Virus record (IMG/VR): IMGVR_UViG_3300028920_002946
Location: 32,001 to 96,000 of that record
DNA from: a virus
Strand: one strand, 5' to 3'
Length of the DNA: 64,000 nt
The notes under the pieces were generated by a model, which ran no database searches, was not told where the DNA came from, and saw nothing but the letters and a program-made list of their open reading frames with translations. Below, piece by piece: positions 1-10,706 of the stretch (position 1 is the stretch's first letter; the number at the start of each line of letters is the position of its first letter). Position numbers and translations under genes: made by a program.

Positions 1-3000
1 GTCGAGCGGAGTCGCAGGGCGACATCCTTCCGAAGCACGAAATCGCGCAAATCGGCCTTGGGGACATCTTGCTTAAAGTCCGGAAGGTATCCGTATTCGA
101 AGTAGCCCGGGTCGCGCGCATCGTCTCGCGTGTACCGCAGATTCGCGAAGAACCAGCTGCTCACGATGGGGTAGGAGTTTATCCTATCCACCAGGTCGAT
201 GAGCGACTCCCTGTCGGGCGCCAGCGGGTCGCCCGAACCCGCCAAAGGCACCGCGATGTCAGCGACATTCGCACTACGGAAGTGCATGTGGTTGTCTATC
301 ACCTCGTATTCCCGCCGGCCCTCCCCGTCCTCGTCGTCCCAGCAGTACAGGTCGAAGGCGACTATGTCCTGCCGCAGCCCGAGCGGGAACTTGTTGAGGG
401 ACGTGTCGTGCGCCGCCTCCGGCCCGTCCATGAGGAACCCGGCCGTGGCATCCTCGCTGTACCTCTGGGTGCCGACGCTCAGTTGGACGTCGAGGCCCTT
501 GCGGACGGAGAGCCTTTGCAATTCGTATCCGACGACGTAGCCGTACTTGTACTGCTCAACCCCGTTGTCGAACCGCACCCCGAAGTTCTTCTTGATCGGC
601 ACGTACGAGGCATGGATCTCGTAGCTTTTGAACTCTCCTTGGATCGCGGGGTCTCCTATGAGTTCCGCCTCGAACAGCTGCAGGGCGGCCCCCGGCGTCT
701 GGTTGCCCTCGCTGTCGAACCTCGCGGCGTTGATGGCCGACACGAGGTCGTTTATAGTGTCATGCTCGCGCAGATCTATCTGCAGGGCGGTTTCCGACAC
801 GCCCCTCCTGACGAGCCTGAGGTATTTCAGGATGGTGACGCTCGGGGGATCCATCTGCTTTATATCCTCGAACTCGGACTCGGTGAGGACATCGCCCGCG
901 TCTATCTTGTCGATGACCTCCTGCGGACCCATATACTCCTTCGTGTCGCCCTCGTCCATATCCACGAACTCTACGAACATGGACGCGTCCGGGCAGCGTA
1001 TGTTGATGACCTCGAAGAAGTCGGACGGCAGCGTCTCCCACTCCCCGGCGACGGGAAGCCCCTCTATGGCCCTCTTCGCGAGGTTGCCACCGTCGGTGTA
1101 CACGGGCCAAACCCAATAAGGGTTCTCGGGGTCGTCCTGGTTGTCCGTCGGGAACTTGTCCTCGATCATCTTGTCGAGGAACAGAATCCTCGGATCCGAC
1201 CCCCTATGGTCGGCGACGTTAGTCATCGATATGTAGTTCGGGTCAGACAGCGACAGGGCCGTCGTCGACCGCACCAGCAGTTCACAGCTGGCCGCGTCGT
1301 ACGGGTAGTGCGGGTACACAACCCCGACGAACATTGGCGTGAAACCATCGATGTCCGATGAGTTGATGAAGCCCGCGAGCGCATCCAAGCTGATGTAATC
1401 GCCCCCCTCGACGTCCTTCAATGAGAACGTGCGGAGATAAGGCGACACAACCGCATCCGGATCCGTAGGATCCGACAGGACGGCGTAGACAAGCATGGAG
1501 TCGCCCGCCACGGTCACCGATGCGGAGTCCACACGGTACCGCCCCGGATCCGAAACATCGAACCGAAGCGCGCGCGACTCCACAAGCCCGATCTCCAGCT
1601 TCCTCTGGCTCTCGTACATCGCCCTCGCGGTCCTCTGGTGCATGACCCCTATGCTAAGCCCCGTCACCCACCGGACATAATCGTTCTTCCAATCATCGTT
1701 GTTCTGGTAGTTGATGGCCTTGAACTCCTGCAGGGCGCCGTAGAACGACTCATACTTCGAGTACGCCGCCGACGCGTCCCGGTAGGATTGCGCTATCTGC
1801 GGCGTGGCGTCGTCCTCGTCGTGCACCCCGTCGGGCTTGATGACATCGAGGAGCGGGCCCCGGTCTCCGTAGCCCGCATACCCGCCGATGAGGAAGTACA
1901 GCGCGCGCTCGTACTTGACGAGCCGGGCGGCGAGCCAATCCGACACGCCCGCCGGCTCCCCCTCTTGGTAGTAGGCAAGATATCCCTTGTAGGCGCTCAC
2001 GTTGTCGAGCCGGATCCTGCCCATGGAGTACGCCCGCGCGATCTTGTCGTTGTAGTCGTACAGGTCGCGCAGGATGAGTTCCTCGAACTGCCATGCCTGC
2101 TTCTCCATGAGCAGCCAGCGGTAGACGTTGTCCGGGTCGTAGAAGTTCCTGTAGACCTGGTTGCCCACGAACCCGTACTCCTCCGAGACATCGGTGGCGA
2201 GCGGGTCGCCGTCATTGTCCAATTCGATGATGAGGCGCACCCACAGGTCACGATCCCTGGCCCTAAGGACGTACCCCTCGCGGTAGCCGCCCCTTTCGGA
2301 GACATCGTAGATGCGGTCAAACGACATATAGAAGTACTTCTCGAAGCCGTCCGTGTCCGCAAGTGCGAAATCGTTCTTGTAGAGCGCGTTCTGCGTCGAG
2401 GATATCTTGCGCTCCTCGATGAAGCTTAGATTCCTGAGATTGACCTCAAGTTCCTCAAGCTTCACGAACGCCAACGTGTCCTCGTCGTACCGCCCCGCCT
2501 GCAGGCGAACGTTCTTGTTGAGTTCGGGGATGCCGGGGAAAAGAAGGCGCAGGAAGTCGATCAAGGAGAACTTCCGTATCCTGTCCTTGTGCTTGACGTG
2601 ACCCTCGACCTCGCCGCCCTCGATGCGGGCGCCGTACATCCCCTCGTCGTCGAACATCGGGAACGCCTCGGCAGACGAGCGCGTGACCGACACGACGCGC
2701 CCCTCCCCGGGAAGCGCGGAATTGAATTGGTCCTCACTCGATGTCCGCTTGTCGTTCCTATCAATATTCACGCTGTATTGAAAGACACCGAGGGAGTTCT
2801 GCTTCAGCTTGTAGGTCTTGACGCCCTTCTCGGAGAGAGCCCTGTCGAGGGTAATCATCTCGTAGGTGTACCCCAGGCGCGACCCGTCGGGGCCGGATAT
2901 GATCGATTTGATCTCGTACTTGTTGTCATATCCCAACAGCCTCATCCTGTCGCCGACGGACACCCTCTTCAGCCAAGAGTATTTGTCGTCGTTCGCGCCG

Positions 3001-6000
3001 AAGGTCCTCTCGTCCTCCGGTATTTCGACGTTGTAGTAGGCGATCAGCCTGTCGTTGGTGTTGCGCAAAATCACGTGGTCGAGGTTCTGCGTCCAATAGG
3101 GGGTCACCGACTTTATTTTTCCGACGGTTTCCACCCTCCCGTCCGCATACTTGTACTGCACGTTGAAGCAGTAGACCTCGTTGTAGAGCCTGTACTCCGT
3201 GCCGAATCTGGGATAGTAGTGGGGGGCCTGCTTGTCGTAGCCCACAGGGAAGAACTTCGTGTACGTTGCAGGCACGCGCTCTATCTCCGCGTCCGTCGTC
3301 AAGGTGTAGTCGTCCGTGTCCTCCACGTACGCGTCCTGCAGGGTCAGCCTGCCGTCGACCTCCCCCACGGCGTTGCTGCGCGCGAACTTGAAGCCCATCC
3401 CGAGCTGGAGTTCGGCGCTGAAGGCCCGCAGGCGCCTCTTGTACCAATGGTAGAACTTGAGGAACAGCTCTTTCTTGATCTCCTCGTCCTGCAGTAGGTA
3501 TCGGTTGCCAACCACGCCCGCCGCCCAATTCGGCACCTGGTCGTCGGTGGGGGCGGTGTCCGACCCCTGCCCGTTGCCCGACCCCACGCGCTCCAGCAGT
3601 TCCTCGATCTGCGGGACGACGACAATCTCCGAGAAGTCCCTCTCCGTCAGCTTCTGGAGGTAGAATTGGTCGATGTTGAGATAGTCGAGGTAGACATCCA
3701 GCCTCGACCCCGCGGGCAGATTCGTGAAGTAGCGGCACGACACGTAGACCGACTCGCCCTCGTCCTCGGATCGCAGATCCCTGCCCATGTAGGACATCGC
3801 GAAGCGATCCAAATCCTCGATGGCCCCTTCCAGCGTCACGAGTCCAGCGTCGATGCTGTAGTCCTCGTCAAGAGTGAGGCGCCGGAAGTTCAGCGGCCCG
3901 AGTTCCTGCCACGACTCGAACCCCGTCGTCACGTGCACGTAGGACGGCAACCCCTCGTATCCGCCGTACGCGGCGCTCGGATACGTGTGCGACCAGTCCC
4001 CGTCTCCCACCAAACTGGCCGCGCCGGCGGAATCGACCGAGAACGGGAAATTGCCGGCGACAACCGACTCCACACGACCGATTCCCTCGTTGGCGAACTT
4101 GAAAAGGTCGCCGTAGTCCGAATAGGCCACGGTGGTGGTCTTGGTCTGCGACGCGCCCATCACATCGGTCACGGACTCCCTCAGCGTCACGCCGGAGGAT
4201 GTCACAACCATCGAGGCCGACCCGGTGTACCCGCCCGGCGCGGAGTATGAAACCCGTAGCACCCCGGTCGCCACATACGCGACCGCGGGTAGCGCGGTCG
4301 TCCCGATCGGGGCGAGGCGATATCGATCAAAATCGTCGCCGTCAAACAGATCCCTGTATGAGTCCGGCATCGTCACCGTGAAGGGATTGCCCCCCTCGAG
4401 GGACTCGACCCGGCCTATGGCATCCACCAAACCGTTCAGACCGTCATACTCCGAGTATTCCAGGACCGTCGTTTTCGTCTTGAACCCATCGACGGTCTCG
4501 ACGAGCGTCACAGACGACACCCCGGCCTCCATCGTGGCCGCGCCCGTGTGCGTCTCGGGGGCGGTGTACGACACCGACATGTAGGGCTGGGTCGGATCGG
4601 AGCCGAGGGGCACGGGCAGCGACGACTGTTGCACCCTGTAACCGGGCCTGCCGGACACCTTGTAGCCGGAGGGCAGCGCGGGGGTCACCCCCAGAGTCAT
4701 CGAGCCGCCGCCGGATTCGACGGAGGAAACGGATCTGACGATCCCGCCCTCCAAACGCAGAAGCGTGCCCGCGACAATGTTGCTCCCCAAGTTGCCCCGG
4801 AACGTAAGCGACGCGCCGTCCTCCGACCTGCTCAGCGGGTCGTTGGGCACGTCCTCCCAAACCACCCCGCGCTTGAAATAGACGGAGGGGTCGAGCATGT
4901 TCTCGGAGAAGGGCTCCAAGACTCCCACGGACGAATACTGCCTCCCGTCCCGATCCTCGACCGACACGCCCCCGACGCCCATATACTGCAGGGTGTTGGA
5001 GGGGGCGTCGGAAAACGCAAGGAGATCGCCGCCGACGAACCTCCACGTCAGATCCGCATCCCTCACCGTGAAGGACGACTGCCCGCGGTACGTGCGCAGG
5101 AGCGACCAGCGGAACAGCTCCGGACCCACAGTCAACGTGTAAGGCAGCCTTTGCGTTTGGAAGTCGTCGAACTCCTGCACCAAGTCGGCGCTGTAGGTGC
5201 CGCTCGCGAGGTAGTACTGCTCCGAGGACTCGCCCGACGGCGAAATCGTGAACGGGAGGTAGTCGGGGACCCTCGGGCCTATCGTCACGTTGTCGTTGTA
5301 CGTCGACTTGGTAGCCTGTATGGCGAGGGCCAAGTCATGGACGGTGGCGTAGTCGGATTTGCGGAACACGTACGGCACCGGGTTCGTCGTGCCGCCCACG
5401 GTCTCCGTGAGTGACACCGACTCAGGATCCACGAAGACGGTACCCGAACCCTCAAACCCCTCGGGCGCCTCGTAGCTGAGCGTGAATGCGGGTTCGGGCG
5501 TGTCATCGAGGATGGAGTTTCGCATGATGAGCGTGGTTTCGCCCACGCCGTAGACGGGCGTCCTCGAATACACCACCTCGGAGGGGGACCCCTCCTGCAG
5601 CGGGGGCTGTATGCTGATGACGGCCTGCCCGTCCTCGGCATCCACCGACATCACGCTGTAGACATATTTTCCGCCCACCATGAGAAGGGAGTCGACCTTG
5701 ATGCCCTGCAGTATCTCCAGCACCCCCCCGCTGAACGTCAAACTCTCCGCCCCGACAAGCGGCTCGCCGACCAAGGACGACGCGTCCGGCATCCGCTGCC
5801 ACGAGACGGGGCCGTCAAGGACGTGGAAGACCGGCGCGTTCAAGTCCTCGGGGAAGGATCCATGGACGGCGACCCTGGTGCCCTCGTCCCCGTACGCCGA
5901 TGACCGCACGCGGTAGTAGTAGACGGCGACCGGGTCGCGGTTCTCTATGCGCAGGACGGAGTCGGGCTTGATAGAGTCGGTGCGGTCGAAACCGTCGATA

Positions 6001-8075
6001 AGGAACTCGCTGCCGCCGGCGGGCAGCACGGGGTAGAATATCTGGATCGGCGCGTAGGGCAGCACCTCGGACTCGAAGCTGTAGGTGGCCACGACCGTGT
6101 CGTCGGGCAAGATCTCCAGCGTGTTTCGCTCCGCGTCCAGGGCGATCTGCCTGTTCTGGTCGGTGTACGCCGCGCCGCCGGTGTCCAGAGCCGCGCCCGA
6201 CCCCAGCACTTTCGCGTAGACGGGCGAGCCCATGAGTATGGACCCGCTGAAGGACACCCTGCCGGGGTCGCCGGGCTTCTTGAAGTAGTCCCGCACCGGG
6301 ATCGACACGACGGGGTTGTTGACCTTGAACAGGTACTGCCCGTCCTCGACGGCCTCCAAGGCGTCATCGATGACGGTCATGCGGTAGTTGCCAACCTCGC
6401 CCGGCTTGGACTGCAGTATGCAATGCATCTGCGACAGGGGCGTGTAGGTGGCCTCCAAGGACAAAACGTCCTCCGAGTAGACCGAGGGGTCGACCAGGGT
6501 GACCCTGCCGGTGAAATGGCTTATCTCGAAGTCCTCGCCCTCGGTCAAAACCGAACTCCCCGTTTCGACCCTCCCATATTGATCCGTCCTGCTCCACTTC
6601 TTGACGATGCTGACCGAGTCCGCGAGCACCGGGTACTTGGAGAGCCGCGGCGCGGCGCGGTCGATCTTCTCCACCTCGACATCCTCGCCCTCGACGTAAT
6701 AGCTGACCAGGACGGACTCGCCCTTTTTTAGCGGGGTGGTCATGCGGGCGGCTCCGGACGTGTACTCGATCATGTAGTCCACGCCGACAACCATGTTGTT
6801 CTCGTCCGTGTCCTCGTAGTAGACGATGTCCCCGTCCGGCACCCCGAACAGGCCCGTCACCCCCGGTATCACCAAGTCATCGGGGTTCCGGACATCCGCG
6901 GCTCCGACGCCCTTGATCACGCTGATGCCGTTCCATATCAGTTCCCGCGGGACGGCGACGTGGTCGCAGGGCTCCTCCCTGTTCGCATGGTCAATGAATA
7001 CCAGCGTGCCAGCGTCGTAGTCCATGAGGTACTCGGAGTACCTCGGGACGTCGCCCTGGCCCACGGACACGGAGTCCGTTCCGTAGATGATCCTCTGCAC
7101 CGGCTTGCGCGCGGCGGATCCGCTCGATTCGACCTCGACCGCCTTCGAAACGGCCACGATGCCGCCGACATCGCCGTTGATCCCGGTCACCTGCAGTTCG
7201 TCGCTCAGGGTGCCCAAGAACTTGATGTACGCCGACAGCCTCTCCTCGTACGGGGGGTAGGGGTAGGAGAACTCGGGCGAGTTGCTGTAGTTGACGACGT
7301 AGTCCTCGAACTCCGTCCTCCGCCGCACCTCCCCCTGCGCGTCGCCCCAATAGACCTGCAGGCTGGCGTGCGGGTACGGCAGGGGGCTGAGGCCGACATC
7401 GCTGTACTCCTGCGTGCTGCTCTCGATGACGGTCTTGTGGACGCTGCCGACGGTGAAGAGGTCGGGCAGCGACGGGCTGGCCCCCTTGTTGAACTGTATC
7501 TCGATGCCGGTCGAGAACTCGATGACCCCCGAATAGGCCACGTACGGCCCCATGGCGTCCGCGCCGGTCGGCGTCCACTCGCCCTTTTCCTTGTCGTAAT
7601 AGAACGGGACCCCCGTCTCCCCGCCCTCGTAGGCCTCGTACATCGCGCCGTCAAGTTTGGTCCTGCGCACGCTGCACTGCCCGGTGTAGAGATCCGGGCC
7701 GGATTCGGATGACTTCGCGTAGTTCTCCGTAAGATAGACGTCCTGGCCGTCGATCCCGGTGACCGTGTAGAATCTAGTGTCCCCGTCATGGCGTATGGAG
7801 TCCCCGTTCCCGGGGGCGTACGGCCCGGAGAACCCAGAGGCGACGAAGCTGCCGTCTGTGAAGTCGGCGGTGCCCTTGTAATCGTTCCTCTGGAGGGACG
7901 ACTCAATGAGGTACTGCGCCTCGACGCCGCGCTCGCCCGAGTGGGTGGTCGCCTCGTCACCGGGGTTCACCGACAGGCCGGCCGTGCTACGGGCGTTCTT
8001 GACGCCCGAGCGCGCGCCGCGCACGACGGTGGGCTCAAGATCGAGCGATTTCAATCTGAATACTTCCGATCCCAT
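1..8075 (-). CDS. Giant virion structural protein, at least 2691 aa, 3'-truncated by the window edge (baseplate wedge or tail-fibre-like, repeated beta-sandwich modules)
   Basis: ATG at 8075, immediately after the TAG of the upstream gene (8076-8078). Manual reading gives MGSEVFRLKSLDLEPTVVRG... at the start and ...KADLRDFVLRKDVALRLRS at the edge. The track lists no stop-terminated ORF in this frame, which is consistent with an open frame. Acidic/Tyr/Gly-rich with repeated DY-x-I-xx-xx-G-x-V-x-L modules; lies directly after the spike genes. Confidence 0.8.
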   Translation of the reverse strand, partial: MGSEVFRLKSLDLEPTVVRGARSGVKNARSTAGLSVNPGDEATTHSGERGVEAQYLIESSLQRNDYKGTADFTDGSFVASGFSGPYAPGNGDSIRHDGDTRFYTVTGIDGQDVYLTENYAKSSESGPDLYTGQCSVRRTKLDGAMYEAYEGGETGVPFYYDKEKGEWTPTGADAMGPYVAYSGVIEFSTGIEIQFNKGASPSLPDLFTVGSVHKTVIESSTQEYSDVGLSPLPYPHASLQVYWGDAQGEVRRRTEFEDYVVNYSNSPEFSYPYPPYEERLSAYIKFLGTLSDELQVTGINGDVGGIVAVSKAVEVESSGSAARKPVQRIIYGTDSVSVGQGDVPRYSEYLMDYDAGTLVFIDHANREEPCDHVAVPRELIWNGISVIKGVGAADVRNPDDLVIPGVTGLFGVPDGDIVYYEDTDENNMVVGVDYMIEYTSGAARMTTPLKKGESVLVSYYVEGEDVEVEKIDRAAPRLSKYPVLADSVSIVKKWSRTDQYGRVETGSSVLTEGEDFEISHFTGRVTLVDPSVYSEDVLSLEATYTPLSQMHCILQSKPGEVGNYRMTVIDDALEAVEDGQYLFKVNNPVVSIPVRDYFKKPGDPGRVSFSGSILMGSPVYAKVLGSGAALDTGGAAYTDQNRQIALDAERNTLEILPDDTVVATYSFESEVLPYAPIQIFYPVLPAGGSEFLIDGFDRTDSIKPDSVLRIENRDPVAVYYYRVRSSAYGDEGTRVAVHGSFPEDLNAPVFHVLDGPVSWQRMPDASSLVGEPLVGAESLTFSGGVLEILQGIKVDSLLMVGGKYVYSVMSVDAEDGQAVISIQPPLQEGSPSEVVYSRTPVYGVGETTLIMRNSILDDTPEPAFTLSYEAPEGFEGSGTVFVDPESVSLTETVGGTTNPVPYVFRKSDYATVHDLALAIQATKSTYNDNVTIGPRVPDYLPFTISPSGESSEQYYLASGTYSADLVQEFDDFQTQRLPYTLTVGPELFRWSLLRTYRGQSSFTVRDADLTWRFVGGDLLAFSDAPSNTLQYMGVGGVSVEDRDGRQYSSVGVLEPFSENMLDPSVYFKRGVVWEDVPNDPLSRSEDGASLTFRGNLGSNIVAGTLLRLEGGIVRSVSSVESGGGSMTLGVTPALPSGYKVSGRPGYRVQQSSLPVPLGSDPTQPYMSVSYTAPETHTGAATMEAGVSSVTLVETVDGFKTKTTVLEYSEYDGLNGLVDAIGRVESLEGGNPFTVTMPDSYRDLFDGDDFDRYRLAPIGTTALPAVAYVATGVLRVSYSAPGGYTGSASMVVTSSGVTLRESVTDVMGASQTKTTTVAYSDYGDLFKFANEGIGRVESVVAGNFPFSVDSAGAASLVGDGDWSHTYPSAAYGGYEGLPSYVHVTTGFESWQELGPLNFRRLTLDEDYSIDAGLVTLEGAIEDLDRFAMSYMGRDLRSEDEGESVYVSCRYFTNLPAGSRLDVYLDYLNIDQFYLQKLTERDFSEIVVVPQIEELLERVGSGNGQGSDTAPTDDQVPNWAAGVVGNRYLLQDEEIKKELFLKFYHWYKRRLRAFSAELQLGMGFKFARSNAVGEVDGRLTLQDAYVEDTDDYTLTTDAEIERVPATYTKFFPVGYDKQAPHYYPRFGTEYRLYNEVYCFNVQYKYADGRVETVGKIKSVTPYWTQNLDHVILRNTNDRLIAYYNVEIPEDERTFGANDDKYSWLKRVSVGDRMRLLGYDNKYEIKSIISGPDGSRLGYTYEMITLDRALSEKGVKTYKLKQNSLGVFQYSVNIDRNDKRTSSEDQFNSALPGEGRVVSVTRSSAEAFPMFDDEGMYGARIEGGEVEGHVKHKDRIRKFSLIDFLRLLFPGIPELNKNVRLQAGRYDEDTLAFVKLEELEVNLRNLSFIEERKISSTQNALYKNDFALADTDGFEKYFYMSFDRIYDVSERGGYREGYVLRARDRDLWVRLIIELDNDGDPLATDVSEEYGFVGNQVYRNFYDPDNVYRWLLMEKQAWQFEELILRDLYDYNDKIARAYSMGRIRLDNVSAYKGYLAYYQEGEPAGVSDWLAARLVKYERALYFLIGGYAGYGDRGPLLDVIKPDGVHDEDDATPQIAQSYRDASAAYSKYESFYGALQEFKAINYQNNDDWKNDYVRWVTGLSIGVMHQRTARAMYESQRKLEIGLVESRALRFDVSDPGRYRVDSASVTVAGDSMLVYAVLSDPTDPDAVVSPYLRTFSLKDVEGGDYISLDALAGFINSSDIDGFTPMFVGVVYPHYPYDAASCELLVRSTTALSLSDPNYISMTNVADHRGSDPRILFLDKMIEDKFPTDNQDDPENPYWVWPVYTDGGNLAKRAIEGLPVAGEWETLPSDFFEVINIRCPDASMFVEFVDMDEGDTKEYMGPQEVIDKIDAGDVLTESEFEDIKQMDPPSVTILKYLRLVRRGVSETALQIDLREHDTINDLVSAINAARFDSEGNQTPGAALQLFEAELIGDPAIQGEFKSYEIHASYVPIKKNFGVRFDNGVEQYKYGYVVGYELQRLSVRKGLDVQLSVGTQRYSEDATAGFLMDGPEAAHDTSLNKFPLGLRQDIVAFDLYCWDDEDGEGRREYEVIDNHMHFRSANVADIAVPLAGSGDPLAPDRESLIDLVDRINSYPIVSSWFFANLRYTRDDARDPGYFEYGYLPDFKQDVPKADLRDFVLRKDVALRLRS

Positions 8076-8693
8076 CTAGCTTACCTTCGTGGTGATGGAC
8101 GGCACCCCCGCTACCGCCAATGGACCCGTGGGAGGAACGGGCGCTATCGCCCCCGCGGCCACCACGGAAAACGTCGCGCTCGCCTTGAGGTGCGTGACAA
8201 CCCCGAACGACACGCTATCGCACACATTCCCGACGTTCCTTCCCATCATGTTCTTCAAAGTCATCTTTCCCTTCATGAGGGTGGACAGAGTCGAAGAGTT
8301 CAAGGCGGTGAACTTGCCCGTGCCGGCCCCGACGGCGCATCCCGCCGCCGTCCCGGTGAGCACCATGCCCATGAGCACCTGCGAAATCCCGGCGGAAACA
8401 CCATCGAACAGCTTTGAAAGATCCCTGCCCCTCAGATTCAATATGGTCGCCCTGCCGAGCATCGTTGCGGACATCGCCTTGCTCACGATACCCGCCACCG
8501 CGAGGCTCGTTATCGTGCCCGTGGGGCCGGCAGTCCCCGCCAACGTGCACGTCACCATGTTCGGGGACGTGACATGCGCGGCGACGGATGACCCTATGGC
8601 ATCCGCTATCGCGCCTATGTCACGCCCCTTGATGCCGCGCGGCGCGCAGTTGGCGACGATGGCGGCGGCTATCAGCTTCCCCGTGACAGGCAT
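8076..8693 (-). CDS. Spike-adjacent protein with three internal repeats (possible spike-tip/PAAR analogue)
   Basis: 205 aa, rich in small hydrophobic residues. GR[D/N]-x5-D recurs at aa 23, 89 and 151. Starts 2 bp after the spike gene. Confidence 0.55.
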   Translation of the reverse strand: MPVTGKLIAAAIVANCAPRGIKGRDIGAIADAIGSSVAAHVTSPNMVTCTLAGTAGPTGTITSLAVAGIVSKAMSATMLGRATILNLRGRDLSKLFDGVSAGISQVLMGMVLTGTAAGCAVGAGTGKFTALNSSTLSTLMKGKMTLKNMMGRNVGNVCDSVSFGVVTHLKASATFSVVAAGAIAPVPPTGPLAVAGVPSITTKVS

Positions 8694-8695
8694 CG

Positions 8696-10699
8696 CTACC
8701 CCGGCAGCCCCGCCGCCTTGACGGTCTTCGACCCGACCAGGGGCGCGCCCGTCACGTAGTCGAAATGGGTCTTCTCGGTTATCACGCCGCCCATCAGGCG
8801 CTCCTTGCTCTTCAGCTTGATGCTCCCCCCCTCCACGTTCACCGATCCCGCGAGACTCGCCTTCACGGTGGCTTTGAACTTCGACTTGGCCGTGAAAGAC
8901 CCGACCTTCGTGGACAGATCCACATTCCCCGACTTGATCGCCACCTTGTAGTCGCCAAGCTTTATCGAGGTTTCGCTGTCCCCTGCGGTTATCTTCGTTT
9001 CCCTGTCGCCGGCGCGTATCGTCTCCTTGATCTTCCCAAGCCTCACGGATGTCTCGCGCGACCCTACCTTGGTGATTGACTCGGTTATGTTACCCACAAT
9101 CGAGTTCACCTCAAGTTCGCTGTCGCCCGAGGTTACCGTTGTGAGACGGCTGCCGTACGTCTCCTGCTTCTCTTTGACGGCCCTCTCGGCATAGACGCTC
9201 GCGACGGCGACGTTCATGTCCTGCCCGACATTGAGCGTGTAGGCGCCGGCGACCCCCTCCCTGTGCATGCCGCCGACGCTCTTGAGGTCGGACGACTCGA
9301 TGAGCGCCTCGCGGTTCCCCCCGATTTCGACTCTCTCTCCGCCATCGACCTTCTCGATCTTGCGGTAGCGCCGCAATGTCTCCAGCAGTTCCTCGTCGTC
9401 GTCGAAGTCGTAGACATCCGGGTCGGCTGCGCCGTACATGTAGAAGGCCGTACCGCTGGTTCTGATGTCGATGCTGCGTCCCGCGTAGGGGTTGCCGATC
9501 CTGTCGTTGTGATCCCCGATGGACCAATGCAGGCCGCCCCTGGTGGACAGATCCCAAGACGCGCCGTACTTCGAGTCCCTGCCGTACACCTCTTTCTTGC
9601 TACCGTCGGCAAGGATCGACATGGACCGGCCCTTGCCGATCCCCCCGCCCGTCCCGCTGGGGGCGTACATGTAGAGGTGGCCCTCCTTGTCGATTCCTAT
9701 GAACCCGCCCTTTTCCGGGTTGCGGCGGTTGGGGGCGAATATGCTGACGGCCATGCCGTACCTCTGGGCATCGTCCGGGCTCATCGCGTCGAGGGAGAAC
9801 AAGCCCTCCCTGTCGTCAGCGGTCGAAAACAGATTCGCCTTGAGGATCTGCCCGTACGATTCCCTCGACGAGTTGTTCCCGACGAGGTTGCCCATGGCGA
9901 GAACGGCGGCCGGGTTTCGGTTGTTGTCAGAGAGGCCGGAGTTCACCTCGTTCTTCGGCGTCTCGTCCGTCACGAGATCCTCCACCTCTATCAGATACTC
10001 CGAGAAGTACCTGTTGCCGCCGGTTTCGAAGGGGAGCCTCGTGCGCTTGGCGCCGCCAGCCGTGATCTCGGTCTCGGCGAAGCTGCTCTCGTCCTCCCTC
10101 GTGCTGTCGTAGAGGTTCCTCGTGACGATGCCGCAGCTTTGCCACACGCCGCCCGAGAACATGAAGCTGCTCGCCGAGGACGAGATTGTGTGCCCCGCCA
10201 GGCCGTCCATGATAAACTCGACGTCGAGGTGCCTGGCGGCGTACCTCTCGTTGAGGGTGACCTCCGCGCCGTTCGAGGACGACATCGCGATGTCGCCGCG
10301 CTTGAGCTTCGGGAAGTTGAACACCAGCTCGTTCGACTGGGGCAGGTTTATCCCCTCGGGGTAGGTCTTGACGTTCTTCCCGTCAAGCGCGTAGATGTAG
10401 TCGGGAAGGTAGAAGATGGGGTACATCAGGTTGTACTCGTTGGCGAGTATCACCCTGCTCCCGATCTGCGGCATCGCGGCTATGTAGCTGTTGGTCCCGG
10501 CGTACGGGTGCGTTATGGGGATGCCCTCGAACGAGCCGTATCCCCCGTACGTCTGCACGTCCATGGTCTGACGGTCGTCGTCCACGGCCGTGACGACGGC
10601 CATCAGAAATGTGTTATCCTCCCTCTTGCGCATCCCGAGGGAGGGCTTCGTGTCGGGTCCGGGCGACCACCCGACTCTTTTCAGGTCATTGTAGGCCAT
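8696..10699 (-). CDS. Baseplate central spike (gp5/gpV/VgrG-like)
   Basis: N-terminal OB-fold-like AVVTAVDDDRQTMDV...MPQIGSRVIL. C-terminal beta-helix-type repeats (RVEIGGNREALIESSDLKSVGGMHREGVAGAYTLNVGQDMNVAV; ETSVRLGKIKETIRAGDRETKITAGD). Follows the hub gene. Confidence 0.8.
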   Translation of the reverse strand: MAYNDLKRVGWSPGPDTKPSLGMRKREDNTFLMAVVTAVDDDRQTMDVQTYGGYGSFEGIPITHPYAGTNSYIAAMPQIGSRVILANEYNLMYPIFYLPDYIYALDGKNVKTYPEGINLPQSNELVFNFPKLKRGDIAMSSSNGAEVTLNERYAARHLDVEFIMDGLAGHTISSSASSFMFSGGVWQSCGIVTRNLYDSTREDESSFAETEITAGGAKRTRLPFETGGNRYFSEYLIEVEDLVTDETPKNEVNSGLSDNNRNPAAVLAMGNLVGNNSSRESYGQILKANLFSTADDREGLFSLDAMSPDDAQRYGMAVSIFAPNRRNPEKGGFIGIDKEGHLYMYAPSGTGGGIGKGRSMSILADGSKKEVYGRDSKYGASWDLSTRGGLHWSIGDHNDRIGNPYAGRSIDIRTSGTAFYMYGAADPDVYDFDDDEELLETLRRYRKIEKVDGGERVEIGGNREALIESSDLKSVGGMHREGVAGAYTLNVGQDMNVAVASVYAERAVKEKQETYGSRLTTVTSGDSELEVNSIVGNITESITKVGSRETSVRLGKIKETIRAGDRETKITAGDSETSIKLGDYKVAIKSGNVDLSTKVGSFTAKSKFKATVKASLAGSVNVEGGSIKLKSKERLMGGVITEKTHFDYVTGAPLVGSKTVKAAGLPG

Positions 10700-10706
10700 G
10701 GCTCAC

